64,000 nucleotides of DNA from Tubiluchus corallicola (GCA_030141605.1 JAQGDQ010000288.1:70621-134620); one strand, 5' to 3'. Counted from the first letter of the stretch, positions 24,555-40,000 are shown. Program-made: numbers and translations. The notes: generated from the letters alone by a model not told the origin.

Positions 24555-27500
24555 GTAAGCAAACATTCTAAATACGTTGAATTGTAAGCGTTTCTTACTG
24601 ATTGGCTAAACAAATTTGTACGTCTAATAAGTAGTCGAAAGAAGCGTATATCTGCGTAATTTTGTATCTATGTAAGCTTGTAATTGCATGTATGGCCCAG
24701 TGCCAATACATATTGTAAGTTGTCCGTAAGTATTAATAACTTAATGTCAACTGAAACAAAACGAACATGTAGAATGTGTAGCTCTGGGTCTAGTGGCTCG
24801 GGCAAATATTAAGTATTATATAGGAAAGAAAAACAGATGTATTTTTCTCAGACATTTGAGAGAAAAACATAAACATTAGGATTAGTGTTCAACCTGCACC
24901 TAGAAAGTCTTAATAAATTGTATACCACATTAACTTCACAAAGTCTCAATAGAATAAGAAACCAAAAACAGAACAAGAAAAAGAAATAAGGAAAGAAAGA
25001 AAGTTAGATAAATGGAACGATAGAAAAATAGAAAGATAGAAAGGAAGAAAAAGAGAAAGAAAAGAAGACAGAAGAAAAAAAAGAGAAGAAAAGAGAAGAG
25101 AAGAGAAGTGAAGTGAAGAGAAAAGAAAAGAAAAGAAAAGAAAAGAAAAGAAGAGAAGAGAAGAGAAGAGAAGAGAAGAGAAGAGAAAAGAAGGGAAGAG
25201 AAGAGAAGAAAGCAAAGGAAAGGAAAAGAAAAGAAAGTAAACAAAAGAAAAAACAAGAAAAGAAAAGAAAGGAAAAGAAAAGAAAAGAAAAGAAAAAAAG
25301 AAAGAAAGAAGGAACGCATGAACGCGAAAAGAAAGACTGGTTAAGAGAGAAAAAAGAAAAAAGGAAAAAAGGAAAAAATAAAAACGAAAAAAAGAAGAAA
25401 AGTAGAAAAAAGACAGGGAGAAATATAGAAAGAAAGAAAAACTAAGGAGAAGGAAGGGAACTAAAAGACATGAAGAGTCGAATTTAAAACTGCGGCTGTG
25501 ACAAGTTACAAGCAACACAGCATTCAGTAGTGAGACGGGTCACTTTCCTACCAAACTGATGCGACGGTTGCTGTGAACCAATTTAATTTTAATTCTTAAC
25601 TTTGCTTACTTTATGTGTTTTAGGCGTTTAGAAACTTGCGTAATCTACGTGAATTACGCATACAGAGCAGTACAGTATACAAGATCGAGAAAAATGCATT
25701 TGATGGAATGCAGTCAAGTCTACGCATTCTTGATTTGTCTGACAACGAATTTACTGAAATCCCTACACGCCCCCTATCAAGTCTATCATCGTTAGAAACT
25801 CTAGATCTTTCGAAAAACTACTTAGAATACATCGGACGGTAATGAAATGTAGTCGTTTATTTTTTATTTTAAATTCTTCTAAACCTGTAACAAATATTTA
25901 TAATGATGAAGTGATTATAAGCGTACACTTTACAATGCGCATGCGTCATGTGCTGGGAAGAGAGCAGGTTTGCCATGTAACTCCAGAATTTTTTTAATGT
26001 ATATAACACGCTATTTTGCTGACTAATATCGAACAAGTTGCGACAAATGGCACCCTAAAGAACCGTCTCCGTCTCTAATAGTCCCATTGGGTTTCAGTAT
26101 TCAAGTCGGGCCATCCGAGAGGAGGGCGGCGGAAAAAAATTTCAAATGGGCGTTTTTGGGTTGCTTTTCTGCAAAAGTTTGAAAAAACTAAGGTCTGAGG
26201 AACTAGACCGCGAGAGACGGGATGCAACATAGCATTGGAAAGAGAGTTCAGCGTTGGATGTAATAGATCCAGTCTGATTTACCCGGCTGAGCTGCGCCTT
26301 TCTGCAGTGGGCATTTTCCGGACATGCCGGCCCGATTTTATCGAAATTATAACTGCACACAGAGTAGAAAAACACCCTGGTAGCCCTTTGCTGGGTCTTG
26401 GAGCGAGATAAATTTCGAATTGTTTGAAATTATTTCGAACAGCATAAACTTGAAAAGAAGGCACATGAATGCAGCTTATTCTGGCATTTTTGAAAGTTCA
26501 AGTTTATTTGTTTTTATACAGCGTAATATCCACGTAAATATGTACTTGAATGCTATACAGAAAAAATACGAAAAAGTAATACTAAAATGACGATTTAAAA
26601 CAGCTAAATAATACACGATTTCGCAAAAGATTTAGTAAAATAAAAAATAAAAATATAGAAAAAACTTATTCCGTTATAAAATAATTTACCAAGGCCTCTA
26701 GGAAAAAAGCAGTTAATACTACTCTTTCGAAATATAAGAATCACAGTGAAATCACACATACATTTCAATCACAGTGTATGCTAAAAAAAATTCGTCTCAA
26801 ACTGTCGCCACTTGCATTAAATCTTACTTTGTTTTAAAGTTTATAATTGAACCGTATGCTCGAGATATTGTAGAAGCTGCATTCAACTTTATTACTGCAG
26901 ACAAATCGAAAATGCAAAACACAAAACATAACTAGGACTAGCTGGAAAAATACAGTTAGCATTCACATACATAAATTTCTTGTATATTATACTTGTGATT
27001 TTATTTTTGAATTAACAGCTTGCGATGTAACTCTTATACACAGATCTATGTTGCTGAGAAGTCGGTCTCGTTCTCGTTCGCGCCATTCTCTGTGTTTGTT
27101 GAGAATTTTTATTTACTAATTTAGCTTGATTATTTTTGTTCTAACAATATTTTGCATAATAGACAGATTGCCTTCTGATTAGATGAAGTTGATTTACTTG
27201 TATTTCCCCTGTGAAGTGCTGACACCTGGTTTTAGTTAATGCTTTGATAAGAAAGGAATTAGTTTACTTAGAAAAAGGAATATTTTGTTCCAAATAAAGT
27301 GTATCATTTGTGCAAGTTAATTGAGAAGTGAAATAATGAAAAAAAACGTGTTAGTGAGCCTAGATGATAGTGGACAAGGAATGAAGATATATACTAAGCA
27401 GCACTTGATGACTTTGTTTCTTTGTCGCCATAAAAACCATCAGTGTTGTTTATGTAATACAAAGCTCTGCTAAGGTAAACAATGCACACAAAACTTTTGT

Positions 27501-30500
27501 TAAAATTTGGATTCTATGACAACTGTAAAATAATGGCGTTCTGATTAGCATATTGACGAAAAATAGTGGTATCTGTTAATAATTAGCTTATTGCCATCGT
27601 CTCGGGAGAAGCAGTAATCAAAAACTATGTAGAATGTTCGAGGTTGTTGTTGACCATCTTTTAAGGTATTAATTACCCAAATTGGCTTTTTTCTTTCATG
27701 CAGTTTCAACATTTGAGCAAAATGTTTGTCTTGTTGGTGTTACTTTTGTTATGGTGTGGGTGGTGTTCTGTGGGGTGTCGTTGTGTCACTGGTGTGAGTA
27801 ACGTGTGCTGTTTTTTTAATATTGGGACGTCACAATAGAACACTATTGCAGAAAAATAGTTCAACTACTTAAAGGAACTAACGGAAGAGCACCATCAGAA
27901 ATATAGAATGTTACACATAGATTTGCAGATACGTGCAAGCAAAACGTACGTGCGTGTATGAGTCACACACCTGTGTGGCAAGCGAGTAACCCAATGCTTT
28001 GCATTTCGGACTAGTTAGTACAATTTACCATAAACGAAGTCAGTGCAACAATGGTAACGGTGACGAATAAATATCTTACTTTAATTCTTTATTTATTTCA
28101 AAGGCGTTTTTACGTTCTTTGTTGTTTTCTTCGCTTTCCCCGTTTTTATGTCAGTTGTATGAAAAAACTTGATATTAAGATTATTTTTGTTTCAGCAACG
28201 CTTTCCTTGGATTGACTTCACTGAAAACATTGCACATTGAGAGAAACAACATTTACAGCGTCTGTCCCGAGGCATTCAGCGGGCTTGAGGCTCTACAAGT
28301 TCTAAATCTAGGACATAATGAATTACAACAATTGTATTACAACGTGTTCACCACCCAGCAGCGGCTTAGTGAAATTAATTTATCAGGTTAATAATATTGT
28401 TTATTTAATTTTTGTAATCATATTCCCCGACCAAGTCTTCCGGCTTTCCCAATTCTATTGCCCAAGTAACTCACAAGTGTTTTCAGATTAGAGAGCAAAA
28501 TTTGCTACGACATTAAGCGTGAGCTGAGATACTCACTTCTCTATTCACTGCGAGAAGTGCCGAAAATAACTCGCCGAGGCGTTCACACAAGACAGTAACT
28601 CGCAGTAAATGTCGGAGAGTTTGCAATAATTTGCCGACAGTAACTCGCAAGGCAGCTCTCACGTTTGTTGTCAGAGAGAAAACTCGCGACAGCAAATTCG
28701 CTAGTCTCGCCGTAAGGCATCGAGTTGGATAAAAATTTATTCATTCATGCTGCGATTAAGGCACCGAAGATAAATGAATCAAACTTGCCACGCGGGAAGT
28801 CCTACTTAGTTAAAACTTGGTGTCACAGGCACAAGTGATAAGAACTTTGGTTCTGAAAATTAGAAAATTAGACTGTTATAATGAGCTATTGTTTGTCCAT
28901 CAAGATATGTGCGGGTGACAGCCATTTCCTTGTTAATTCAACTAAAACTAGATGTAGACCTAGTTTCAAAGTTCAAAATGAAACGTTTCTAGAAGGAATG
29001 TAGTAAGTAATACGTAGCGGTCCACGTTGGCACCCGCGCGTGCCATCTTTATATAAATTGTTTAATGTCGACATTGCAAAATCGGGTTCAGGAACTAAGC
29101 AAAAAAGGCACGCACACAAGAGTAATCCATCGAACTCGAAAAATGAAAAAAAGAATTCCTGAATTTAGCTAAAATAGTACATTTCACGTGGATGTGAGAT
29201 AAATTAGCAATACTAAACAGTAATAAAAATATAAAATCACAAGCTTGTCACAACGCGATCAATGAAGTGATCGTAAAATGTGACAATTTATTATGACCCC
29301 GATAATGTCGGAAATATTTAGGACCATTTAACACGTCAAACGTAGTCTGCACGGTTCTTGACAAATTCGAGAATGACTGTTTTGAAAGACCGTGCGAATG
29401 ACCCATTAGTATTTCAACTCCTGAACATTTGTTTGATTGTCAAAAATAAATAATACTAACCTGAATAGTCAAAGGTTTTGTTTGTTTTTACGTAAACTAA
29501 AGTGATACAACCTCTATTGACAAATCAAGCGAAATCCTAAATCATATTTTACTGCTGAATGATAATTTCCATAACCACAAGCCAATAACAAAAATGATGT
29601 ATACCGTAATGCGCACAATTTCTAGTAAAGAACTACTATACTTCCTTATACATTTTGAGTTAAGAAAGTGTTAATTTTGCTTTGCAGGAAATCCTATAGA
29701 ATGCGGCTGTGATTTGCTGGCGCTAACTGAAACAAAGCTTCCAATTAGAGGACAATGTACATTTCCATCTATCGAGAAAACTGCAGAGATTGCAGCTTTG
29801 TCAGAAAGAGATTTAACCTGTAATTCAGAGGCAGAAAAGAGGGACCCAGCTGGATGCCCTTTCAGAGAAGCCACAACTGAAGGAATGGTGAGCAAGAGTT
29901 ATATTTGGCTGTTAATAAATTGAACGTAACGTAATGTAACAACTTAACTATAAATTTATCTCAGTATATGGTAGCACAAGTAAGTCATGAAAACTACAGG
30001 TTAGCTAATACTATATAAAAAGCAACTTGTAAGCAAAGTCACTCTAAAATTATCAACATTCAAAGAACTACTGAGCCAAATTGAAAAGCATGAATAATAA
30101 CAAAACGCAACTTGGAGGAGATATTCTGATAACAGAAGTTTAATTGAATTTTAAGATTGGATTTAGTATTGAGAATATCTTTGTTGTCATGTTTTTCCAC
30201 GTATTTACTAGAGTAGTTAGTCTGGAATTTTGGTTCAGAAAAACAGCATCCATCATTAGACAGCATGATTTTCTTGTTTTCAACGTGCGACTCACCCAAC
30301 TGAGTGGCCTGTAACAATATAAAGATTTTCTCTTTTTTGAAGATTTATGAATGCCCAACGAGTACATCAGTTTTCTATCCATGTGAATGCGGTGAGACAG
30401 GGATTCCTGGGATAGGTCTAGTCATTACTTGCAATGCCATAGAAGAACCTGACACCATTTTCGAAGCTCTGGAGAATATTGTTGCTCTGCAATTACCCAT

Positions 30501-33500
30501 CAGCAAAGTCCACATCAACGGCACTAGATTCAGAACCTTCCCCGGGTAAAATATGTAGTTTTCAGCTAACCGTTAAATGTAACAATGTTAGGGGTTCTAC
30601 GTAAAATGTTCAGATTGTGATGTCAATATAAAGCCATCAGTTTAATGTGTGTAAAGTGATGACGTAACAGAAAAGCACGCAGTCAGATAATTGGCACAAA
30701 TTCAACTTAAAAGGAAAACAAGACGATTTCTCAAACTACCCCTTACTTTATATACAGTCTCTAAAATATATATTTTGTTACCAATAAGAAACAAATTTAC
30801 CAATTTACAAAGATAACATGTTACCTTTGTTACTCATGCTTCTTGTCTAACAACATGCCATGTAGGAAAAACTAGGCACAATTATTCACATTTGTGGCAT
30901 ATATCTACCCCACTGTAACTTTTGCCTCAGTTTTCTTCTTCAAGTAAGTAGCAGTACAAATTTCCAATGGTAGAAATGTTTCGTGCATTTTTTACGAAAA
31001 TCGAAAACTGGAATCAAATTCTGCTAATTGACATTGACAACGAAACACAAAATGTCGGCTGTTTGTGTGCGTTCACAGTTCCAAATTTCAAGTTCGTCAC
31101 TGGGCTGGTGCGTGGTTTCACAAGGTTCCCTGGTGTCATGACTGAGATGCATGGTTTTCTGCCTAAGGCAAAGGATTTCCAAGAAATGAATAATATTCTG
31201 AATTAACTAAATATTGTAAATTAATTAAGACAAAAAACTAGATGTGTTATTACGGTCGTTGGGACGTTTATTTATTTACATTAATTTACCTAATAAGCGT
31301 TTAAATAGTTTGTTGCTTACTAGTGATAAAAATTGCGTTTGCTTATGCAGAAATCGATTCCCACCACTGAATCTAATGGAATTAGCTATCAACCACTGCG
31401 AGATACGTGTACTCGAGGAAGGAGCGTTTGCAAACATTGCAGAAGGCCTACTCGATTTAGATCTGTCGCACAACCAATTAGATAAGGTATGTATGACATC
31501 ATCAAGCTGCTGTCTGCTATCATCAAGACGCATTTATTCATGCAAGTGTACAACTGAATACAGTTTGGAGCCTATAAGCAAACTGAATTTTACTCTTATT
31601 ACTGTGACGGAAATATGTGGTTTTACTGTGATTCTCGTGTTTAAAAATGCAATCTAGTGTATAATGAACTGTTTCCTAACGGATAAACTTGATAAATCAT
31701 TTTATAATAGAATAAGTTTGTTCTATATTTTTATTTTTATTTTACTATTTTTGGGAAATCTTGCATTTTTTTGGTTGTTTTAAATTGTCATTTTAGTATT
31801 AGTTTTATGTATTATTCCGCATAGCTTTCCAGTACATATTTATAAGGATTTTACGCTATACAAAAATAAATAAACTTAAACTTAAACTTAACTTATACTG
31901 TACAACATCAACGTCAATATTGACATTAACATCAAGATCACGAGCGCGCGATGCTATTAGCTGTTGCGTGTGAGGCAACATGATAGCAACAAACTTTGTT
32001 TGTCAAACTGAAAGTTTAACAGTTTCGGTATTTACACGATCAAGCTAGTTTATCAAACTAAAACTGACAAACAAGTTTGATGAAAAAATTAATCTTCTAA
32101 ACGACCCATTACTACAATGAGAGCATTCAGTAGGGTCCTGACCCATGCGCAGACAAGGGGTCAGGGCCTCCATGATCCATCCAGTAACTATGGGGAAAAT
32201 TGGCTTTTGGACCTTGCGACCTTTAGCTTTGACCTTCTGAACCCAAAATCAAAGAGTTGTCAACTTTTGCCGAGACCCATTCCTGTGCCAAAATTGGCGA
32301 TTACAGCTTTATCAATTTTAGCTTTGTTCTATGTATGGATAGACACACAGACACACAGATGTTACTAAACGCCTTTCGCCGACGCTATGAATACTGTCTT
32401 TGTAGCTAATGACTAATGTCATTATTTTTATTCACGTAGATTCCTATTGAACACATCCACAATATGGTAACGATAGAACGCCTGGATCTATCCTGGAATC
32501 ATCTAACTATACTTCAGCCAGATAATTTTGCGTTCAGCGGAGATTCACAGATTAAGCGTCTTCTGTTGCATAGAAACTTGATCTATGACATTGAGCCGTT
32601 CACTTTCGGTTCCCTTGCTAACATGGAGTACCTTTACCTCAATAATAATTTACTGAAAAGGTGAGTTTAATCAATTGAAAATATCAGCTTCAATAAGTTA
32701 CATAAAAATAAATTAACATTTAAAACATTAAAGCATTACATGTTGGGAATGAGCGAGACATAATGTTTGCTGTGAACGACAGGTATTACATAGACTTAGA
32801 GGATTGTAATGACGAATATACACGGTTATCAATTTTTTAAAAACATTCTAGCTAGAATGCACTTTCGGGGGCAGTTAAAATAAAGCAAATAAGTGTTTGA
32901 AAACAACTAACACAAATTTAGTTATATATGTGTTATAGTATAGACAGTAAAGTACCAGATGGCTTGAATGAGTTGAATGTTTCAGTAGTGTTCTTTTGAT
33001 CTATAGGCAACGTTTGGGTAGAATTGATTTATTCTATAGAATTTCTTTCGTACAGAAAGTACCTTGGTACAGTTCCTGTATTGAAATAGGCGGCGCACAT
33101 AAAAAAGATTAAATACATTATTAAAGACAATACAAACAGACTATAGACATACGTACAAGAAGAGAATTAATTTCGTAGGTAAATAATTTAGATCAATTTA
33201 GTATTTAAAATGGAGATTTTAAGATAAATGTAAAATTAATTGCACTGCCACAGAACTCCTTTGCATATTTGCTTCAAACAAATTTTTAGTCACAGTAATT
33301 GTTTCATATTGATTATTTTGCGCACTGTTCATAAAATTACGAATGACTACAGATTTGTCTAATTTTTTTAGTCATTTTTAGAATAGGTCGTGTGTTTCCC
33401 TTTACGATAATTTTTTTCTATAAGAAATAATTAGTAATGGATGAATGTTATAAAAGTTAAGTACCGAAGACAGCAAGTTTACAACTAATTAATAAATAAT

Positions 33501-33983
33501 TATTAATAGTAGTATTAATAATAATAGTTATTAATAAACAGAATTTATAACTAAGCAATCTTTTCAAAAGTTACTTTATATTTTTTTGAAAATTGGCAGT
33601 TAACGGGGATTGTTCACAATCTTGAAAGAGAATGCTAACTTTGAAAAGGCTTGATATTTAATATTATCTATTTTCAGTTTGTTTATGGGAATGTTTAACC
33701 ACATGAACTCAACAAGATACCTCTACCTGTATTCGAACCTGCTGAATAGTATATCTATAAACACCTTTCGTGACATGGAAAACCTGGACTACATGTCACT
33801 TGCAAATAATGAAATGGACGACTATGGGATGCGTCCTGGCGCATTTGAAGGAATGAATATATTAAGAGTGCTCTTCTTAAACCACAACAGGTGAGGGTTT
33901 CGATTAAAAGAAGAAGAAATGGAACAGACAGGGCAGAGAAATAGAGAGAAAGAGAGAGACAGAGAGAGGGGGAGAGAGAGAGA

Positions 33984-34038
<55 letters not shown>

Positions 34039-37000
34039 CGCTACATTATTATGTTGTTATATAGTTATAAAAGCAGAAATTTGTCTACAGTAAGGTTTGA
34101 GTCCACTATTTAATTGCTCTGCTAGACATTGCCCATGTTGCTTGTAATTTACCATGTTTTGATGCACTAACTCGCAAAGACTTATCCTCCACAAGGTCAA
34201 GAAAACTGAATACTAGTAGTGCATAATATTGTTCACGGTGATTTACCAATATAAGTATTTGTTGTGTATTTCCTTCTGTGCTTAATGTCTAAATTTGATG
34301 CGGGCCTCTCACGTGGACGCCGCCAGGTGATCTAGATCCGCGAAGACTGTCGAACATTCACCCTCTACATGACACTGTATGATGGCGCTGTATACGCAGC
34401 AAGAACTCCACAAAGACCAAAAATTCATAAATGGAGGTTTAAACTGCGTCGTGCCTTATTTACTATAATAACAGCCACGCGACCTGCCTGAGCACAAGAA
34501 AAGCAGCACCTGGTGGACGAGACGAGCACAGGACAGAGACGCCTAAATTCGTGAACACTTCTTTTATACTTGTCGGCGCGCATGCGCAAGCGTGTCTGCA
34601 ACAATATCTATGTACAACGGAACAACACGTTAATCAGCGCTACTAACTAGTTTTTGTGTATTCTGTAATAAAAAATTACTTTTACTTACGCCTTATAATT
34701 ACGCTTATCGTTTCAGACTTACCGACATAAATGCTTACGTATTTTCGTACCTGGATGACGTGGAATTTCTTGATGTAAGAACCAACAGGCTTCTAAATGC
34801 ATCCTGGGATGACTTTATAGGATTGGAAAAACTAATATACCTAGATATTTCTTACAATTTCATCTGGGAGGTGACAGCAATGACATTCTCAAATACGCCG
34901 GTATTAGAAGATTTGCTAATGAGTGGAAACATCATCAGTTCTGTAAGTTTAGTTAGTATTATCTTTCTTAAAATAAAAATGACTGCCAGCTCCCACTTAA
35001 CAAAAGACAAGGCTTTTATTCAGATACTATCTGCAACGTTTCGACATGGTTACATGTCATGCTCACACATCAGTCACCTAATTAAAAATTCAGTATAAAA
35101 ATATATACTGTATTTTTATTTAGATGATAGTTGTGTGAGCATGACATGAATTATAATGAAGAAGTGTTGCAGATGGTGTGTGGACAAAAGTCCTGTCTTT
35201 TCTTAAGTGCCTGCTGGCTGTTATTTTTGTTTTAAAAACTCGTTTTTTACAAGGGATGCCTGTTTTCTGCTAGCCGCTTAGATTTATTTGAGGAAAAATC
35301 GTGGTACAAATGTGTCTCTGAATACAAATGTGCATTTTGTGTTATCATTATAATATGACAGCGGATATAACGAAAGCAAACAAGACTGTTATTAAAATGA
35401 AAAAGAAGCTTATGATTAACGGACTTTGTATTTCACATTCAAATATACAGTTTTCTACAGCAAAAAATAATAATTATAAATACCGATAATAGTAAAAAAT
35501 AATTTCGTAATGCTTTATCTTCAGCTAGCAAAGTTGCACCAAAACTAAGACAACTTCACTGCACAACAAAACTCTAATGCTTACAGTAGAACAACAATTT
35601 TGTTTAAAAGCACCAAATATTAGTGAAAAAAAACTAGTGATCGAAAAAGAGCACAAAATAAAAATAAGAATTGAGTGGGTAATAATAATACACCGATAAG
35701 CAATGTTAATAATTTGATTGATTTAGGCCATTATAAGGGTAATGATAATACGTACGTCGTTACATTCTATCTTTAGTCACATAAAAATTATATCATTTTG
35801 TTGCCAATTTAATGGCATATTCTAAAGACGCTTTCAGATTCCACGACCACGAAGCGTATATTGTATATTGTACTAACATCATTACTTTCCTATCATCGTC
35901 GTGATCAGCTACATCGCTATACACTTCGCATAAAGTCGCTTTGTGCACACTTGAAAATTAACAAACACGTATATATATATATAGTTTATTCAAGACAGGC
36001 CTGGACATAAAGACTTTTGTCCATTCTAGACGGACAAACTGATTCTAGCACAGTTGAATTCACTGTGTTCACTGTAAGCTCATTTGTATTCTGCTTCATC
36101 GACAACTACTTCATAGATATCGTAACCACTATGTCTTTCAAGCTCTTCTGGTGATGCGTACCCGAGATTTCTCTCGTAGCCATGTTCGTCCGGTGCGTCA
36201 TAGGGAAAAGACTTTCCGGTCTTATTCACCCCTTCATCAACGATTACTTCATATACACGTGGGCTAGAATCTTCACCATAGCCATAACCAACAGTTGTTC
36301 CATATACAACTGTTTCTGTAGTTCCATAAATCTCTGTAGTTGCTGTGAAAGTGTAGAAATCTGTTCCATATCCATAATCGACAGTAGTTGGATGTCCATA
36401 TTCCATTGCTGGATATTCAACAACAATTTCAGTTTCGTATTCGTGACCATCAAGTGATGTCGTGGTTTCATAGTTGCTTTCAGCATATCCATACTGACCT
36501 GAATCACTGCTTCTATCTTCATCTGCAACAAAATCGTACACGTCCTTTTCACGTAACACATTAATGTCTTTGTCTGCATCGTCAGTGCTTATAACGTCAG
36601 CCAGCTTTACAAGTGAATGCACCTGTTCTTCTGGGATTACACGTACTTCATAATCGGGCTTCTCAACACCTGTGCTCTTATAACCTATTCCAGGTTCTTT
36701 TGCAACAAACTTGTGTACTTCTTCTTCTGGAATTACTTTTATAGCCGTTTGGACACTTGTGCCAGAATCATAATCCTCTTTTACAAGGTCATACAATTGA
36801 TCTTCTGGGATTGTGTGTACTTTATAGCCCGGTTCTTCTACATCTTCGCTCTTGGATATACGCGAGCTGGCAACCTTTTGTTCTTCTACAACAAATTCAT
36901 GTATTTCTTCTTCTGGAATTACTTTAACAGCTGTTTGGACACTTGTGCCAGAGTCATCAGCCTCTTTTACAAGGTCATACAATTGATCTTCTTGGATCGT

Positions 37001-40000
37001 GTGTACTTTGTAGCCAGGTTCTTCTACATCTTCGCTCTTGGATATACGTGAGCTGGCAATTTTTTGTTCTTCTACAACAAAATCGTGTATTTCTCCTGCT
37101 GGAATTACTTTAACAGCTGTTTGGACACTTGTTCCAGAGTCATCAGCCTCTTTTACAAGGTCATACAATTGATCTTCTTGGATTGTGTGTACTTTATAGC
37201 CAGGTTCTTCTACAGCTTCGCTCTTGGATATACGTGGGCTGGCAACCTTTTGTTCTTCTACAACAAATTCATGTATTTCTTCTTCTGGAATTACTTTAAC
37301 AGCTGTTTGGACACTTGTGCCAGAGTCATCAGCCTCTTTTACAAGGTCATACAATTGATCTTCTTGGATCGTGTGTACTTTGTAGCCAGGTTCTTCTACA
37401 TCTTCGCTCTTGGATATACGTGAGCTGGCAATTTTTTGTTCTTCTACAACAAAATCATGTATTTCTCCTGCTGGAATTACTTTAACAGCTGTTTGGAAAC
37501 TTGTACCAGAGTCATCAGCCTCTTTTACAAGGTCATACAATTGATCTTCTTGGATTGTGTGTACTTTATAGCCAGGTTCTTCTACAGCTTCGCTCTTGGA
37601 TATACGTGGGCTGGCAATTTTTTGTTCTTCTACAACAAAGTCATGTATTTCTTCTGCTGGAATTACTTTAACAGCTGTTTGGACACTTGTGCCAGAGTCA
37701 TCAGCCTCTTTTACAAGGTCATACAATTGATCTTCTTGGATCGTGTGTACTTTATAGCCAGGTTCTTCTACATTTTCGCTCTTGGATATACGTGGGCTGG
37801 CAACTTTTTCTTCTTCTACAACAAAGTCATGTATTTCTTCTGCTGGAATTACTTTTATAGCTGTTTGGACACTTGTGCCAGAATTATCAGTCTCTTTTAC
37901 AAGGTCAAACAGTTGGTCTTCAGAAATTGCCTGTATCTTATATCCAGGTTCTTCTACATTTTTTCTGTTAGATTTACTAGTTGGAACTTGGCGTCCTTCC
38001 CCAACAACGTCATATATGTCTTCTTCTGTAATTACTTTTAGGTCTTTTTGGGAGCCAATGTTCACATTGTCAATTGAACTTACAAGATCATATACTTGGT
38101 CTTCTGGGATTATTCGTACCTGATAACTGGGTGTCTCTACATTTCTGTTTTTAGGTTTATTTAAATTAGTTTTAACTTTTTGTCCTTCTCCCACAAGTTC
38201 ATGTATGTCTGTTTCTGAGATTATCTTTACTACCTCACGACTGTCTTTATTTTTATTATTAGCTGATTCTACAAGATCATACAGTTGACCCTCTGGTACT
38301 ACACGTATATTGTAGTCAGGACTTTTTACATTTTCATACTCGCCAGTTGGTGTATGCAATTTTTGTTTCTGCTGTTCTGCAACAAATTCATGCACATTCT
38401 TTACTGGAACAATTCTGACTCTTTGGTTATCAACAGTCTTACTTCTAGCCTGTATAAGGTCATACACTTGCCCTTCTGAAATTGTATGTATTTGATAATC
38501 AGGAATCTTAGCATCTCCGTATTCATGCCCTGTTGAGTCTGTTTCATATCCACTACTAGCCTTATATTTTTGTTCTTGCTCTTCTGCAATAAATTTGTGA
38601 ACATCTTTTACTGGTACTACTCTAACTTTCTGTTGATCTCCAGTCTTAATTCCACTCTCTACAATGTCATACACGAGCCCCTCTGGGATTACACTTATTT
38701 TGTAATTAGGATTCTTGGCGTTTTCACTTTCGTACCTATCGTCAGCATATGATTGTTGTTTCTGCTGTTCTGCAACGAATGCGTGCACATATTTTTCTGG
38801 AATAACTTTGACGTTTTGTTCGTCTGTAATTTTGCTTCCAGCTTCTACAAAATCATAGACATGCTCCTGTGGGATAACATTTATGTCATACCCGGGATGT
38901 TTTGCATTTGCATTTTCATGCAGAGCTGAATCTGTTTCGTAGCCACTGGATTTTTGTTTTTGTTCTTCAACAACAATTTCGTGCACATATTTTTCTGGAA
39001 CAACTCTGACTTTGTGCTCATCAACACTTTTGCTTCCAGACTCTATAAAATCATATACATGCTCTTCTGGAATAGAACTTATTTCATACCCTGGACTTTT
39101 AGCATTTACATTTTTATACCCAGCTGAATCTGTTTGGTAGCCACTGAATTTTTGTTTTTGTTCTTCTACAACAATTTCGTGCACATATTTTTCTGGAACA
39201 ACTCTGACTTTGTGCTCATCAACACTTTTGCTTCCAGACTCTATAAAATCATATACATGCTCTTCTGGAATAGAACTTATTTCATACCCTGGACTTTTAG
39301 CATTTACATTTTTATACCCAGCTGAATCTGTTTCGTAACCACTGAATTTTTGTTTTTGTTCTTCTGCAACAATTTCGTGCACATATTTTTCGGGTAGAAC
39401 TTTGACTTTTTGTTCACCTGCAATTTTGCCTCCAGTCTCTACAAAGTCATACACAGGGCCTTCTGAAATTGAACTTATCTGGTGTCCATCTGCATTTTTG
39501 TTTCTGTTTTTTTCTATGCTTACAAGTTCATACACATCCTTTTCTGGAATGATGAGATCATGCTTGTTATTTCTTACAGTTTTACTTCCATATCTGCCAT
39601 GGCGTGGTTTTGTAGCTGCACTCTTTTTAAGTTTACGTAAAATTCTGTCCACAACAAAATCACCTGTTTTGCTTTTTTGCTTTGAACCTTTAGCCTTTCT
39701 TTTGTTCTGCTTCTTTATTCTATTTCTAGCTTGTTTTGCACGGCTGCTTCTGTTTTTCCTGATGTCAGTATATCTACTGCCGAAGTTCTTGCTTGGATGT
39801 TTGCTCAAATTGCTTTTAAGTACGTTTTCTGTTCTTCTCCGCTTTTTGTTGTTCTGTTGCTTTTTGGTCTGTTCTGTTGAAACTACTTTAACTATTTTAA
39901 AATCGTAGTCATGCGGTTCTTCACTCTTGGTACTTGCAAAACTGCCATATGTGATACCTTGCTTTTTTGCGGTAACATCACTTTTGCTGCCTTTGTTTTG

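Noticed and set aside
24936-25518. Phe/Leu/Ser-rich and Lys/Arg-rich ORFs
   Set aside because: Translations of an A/G low-complexity tract
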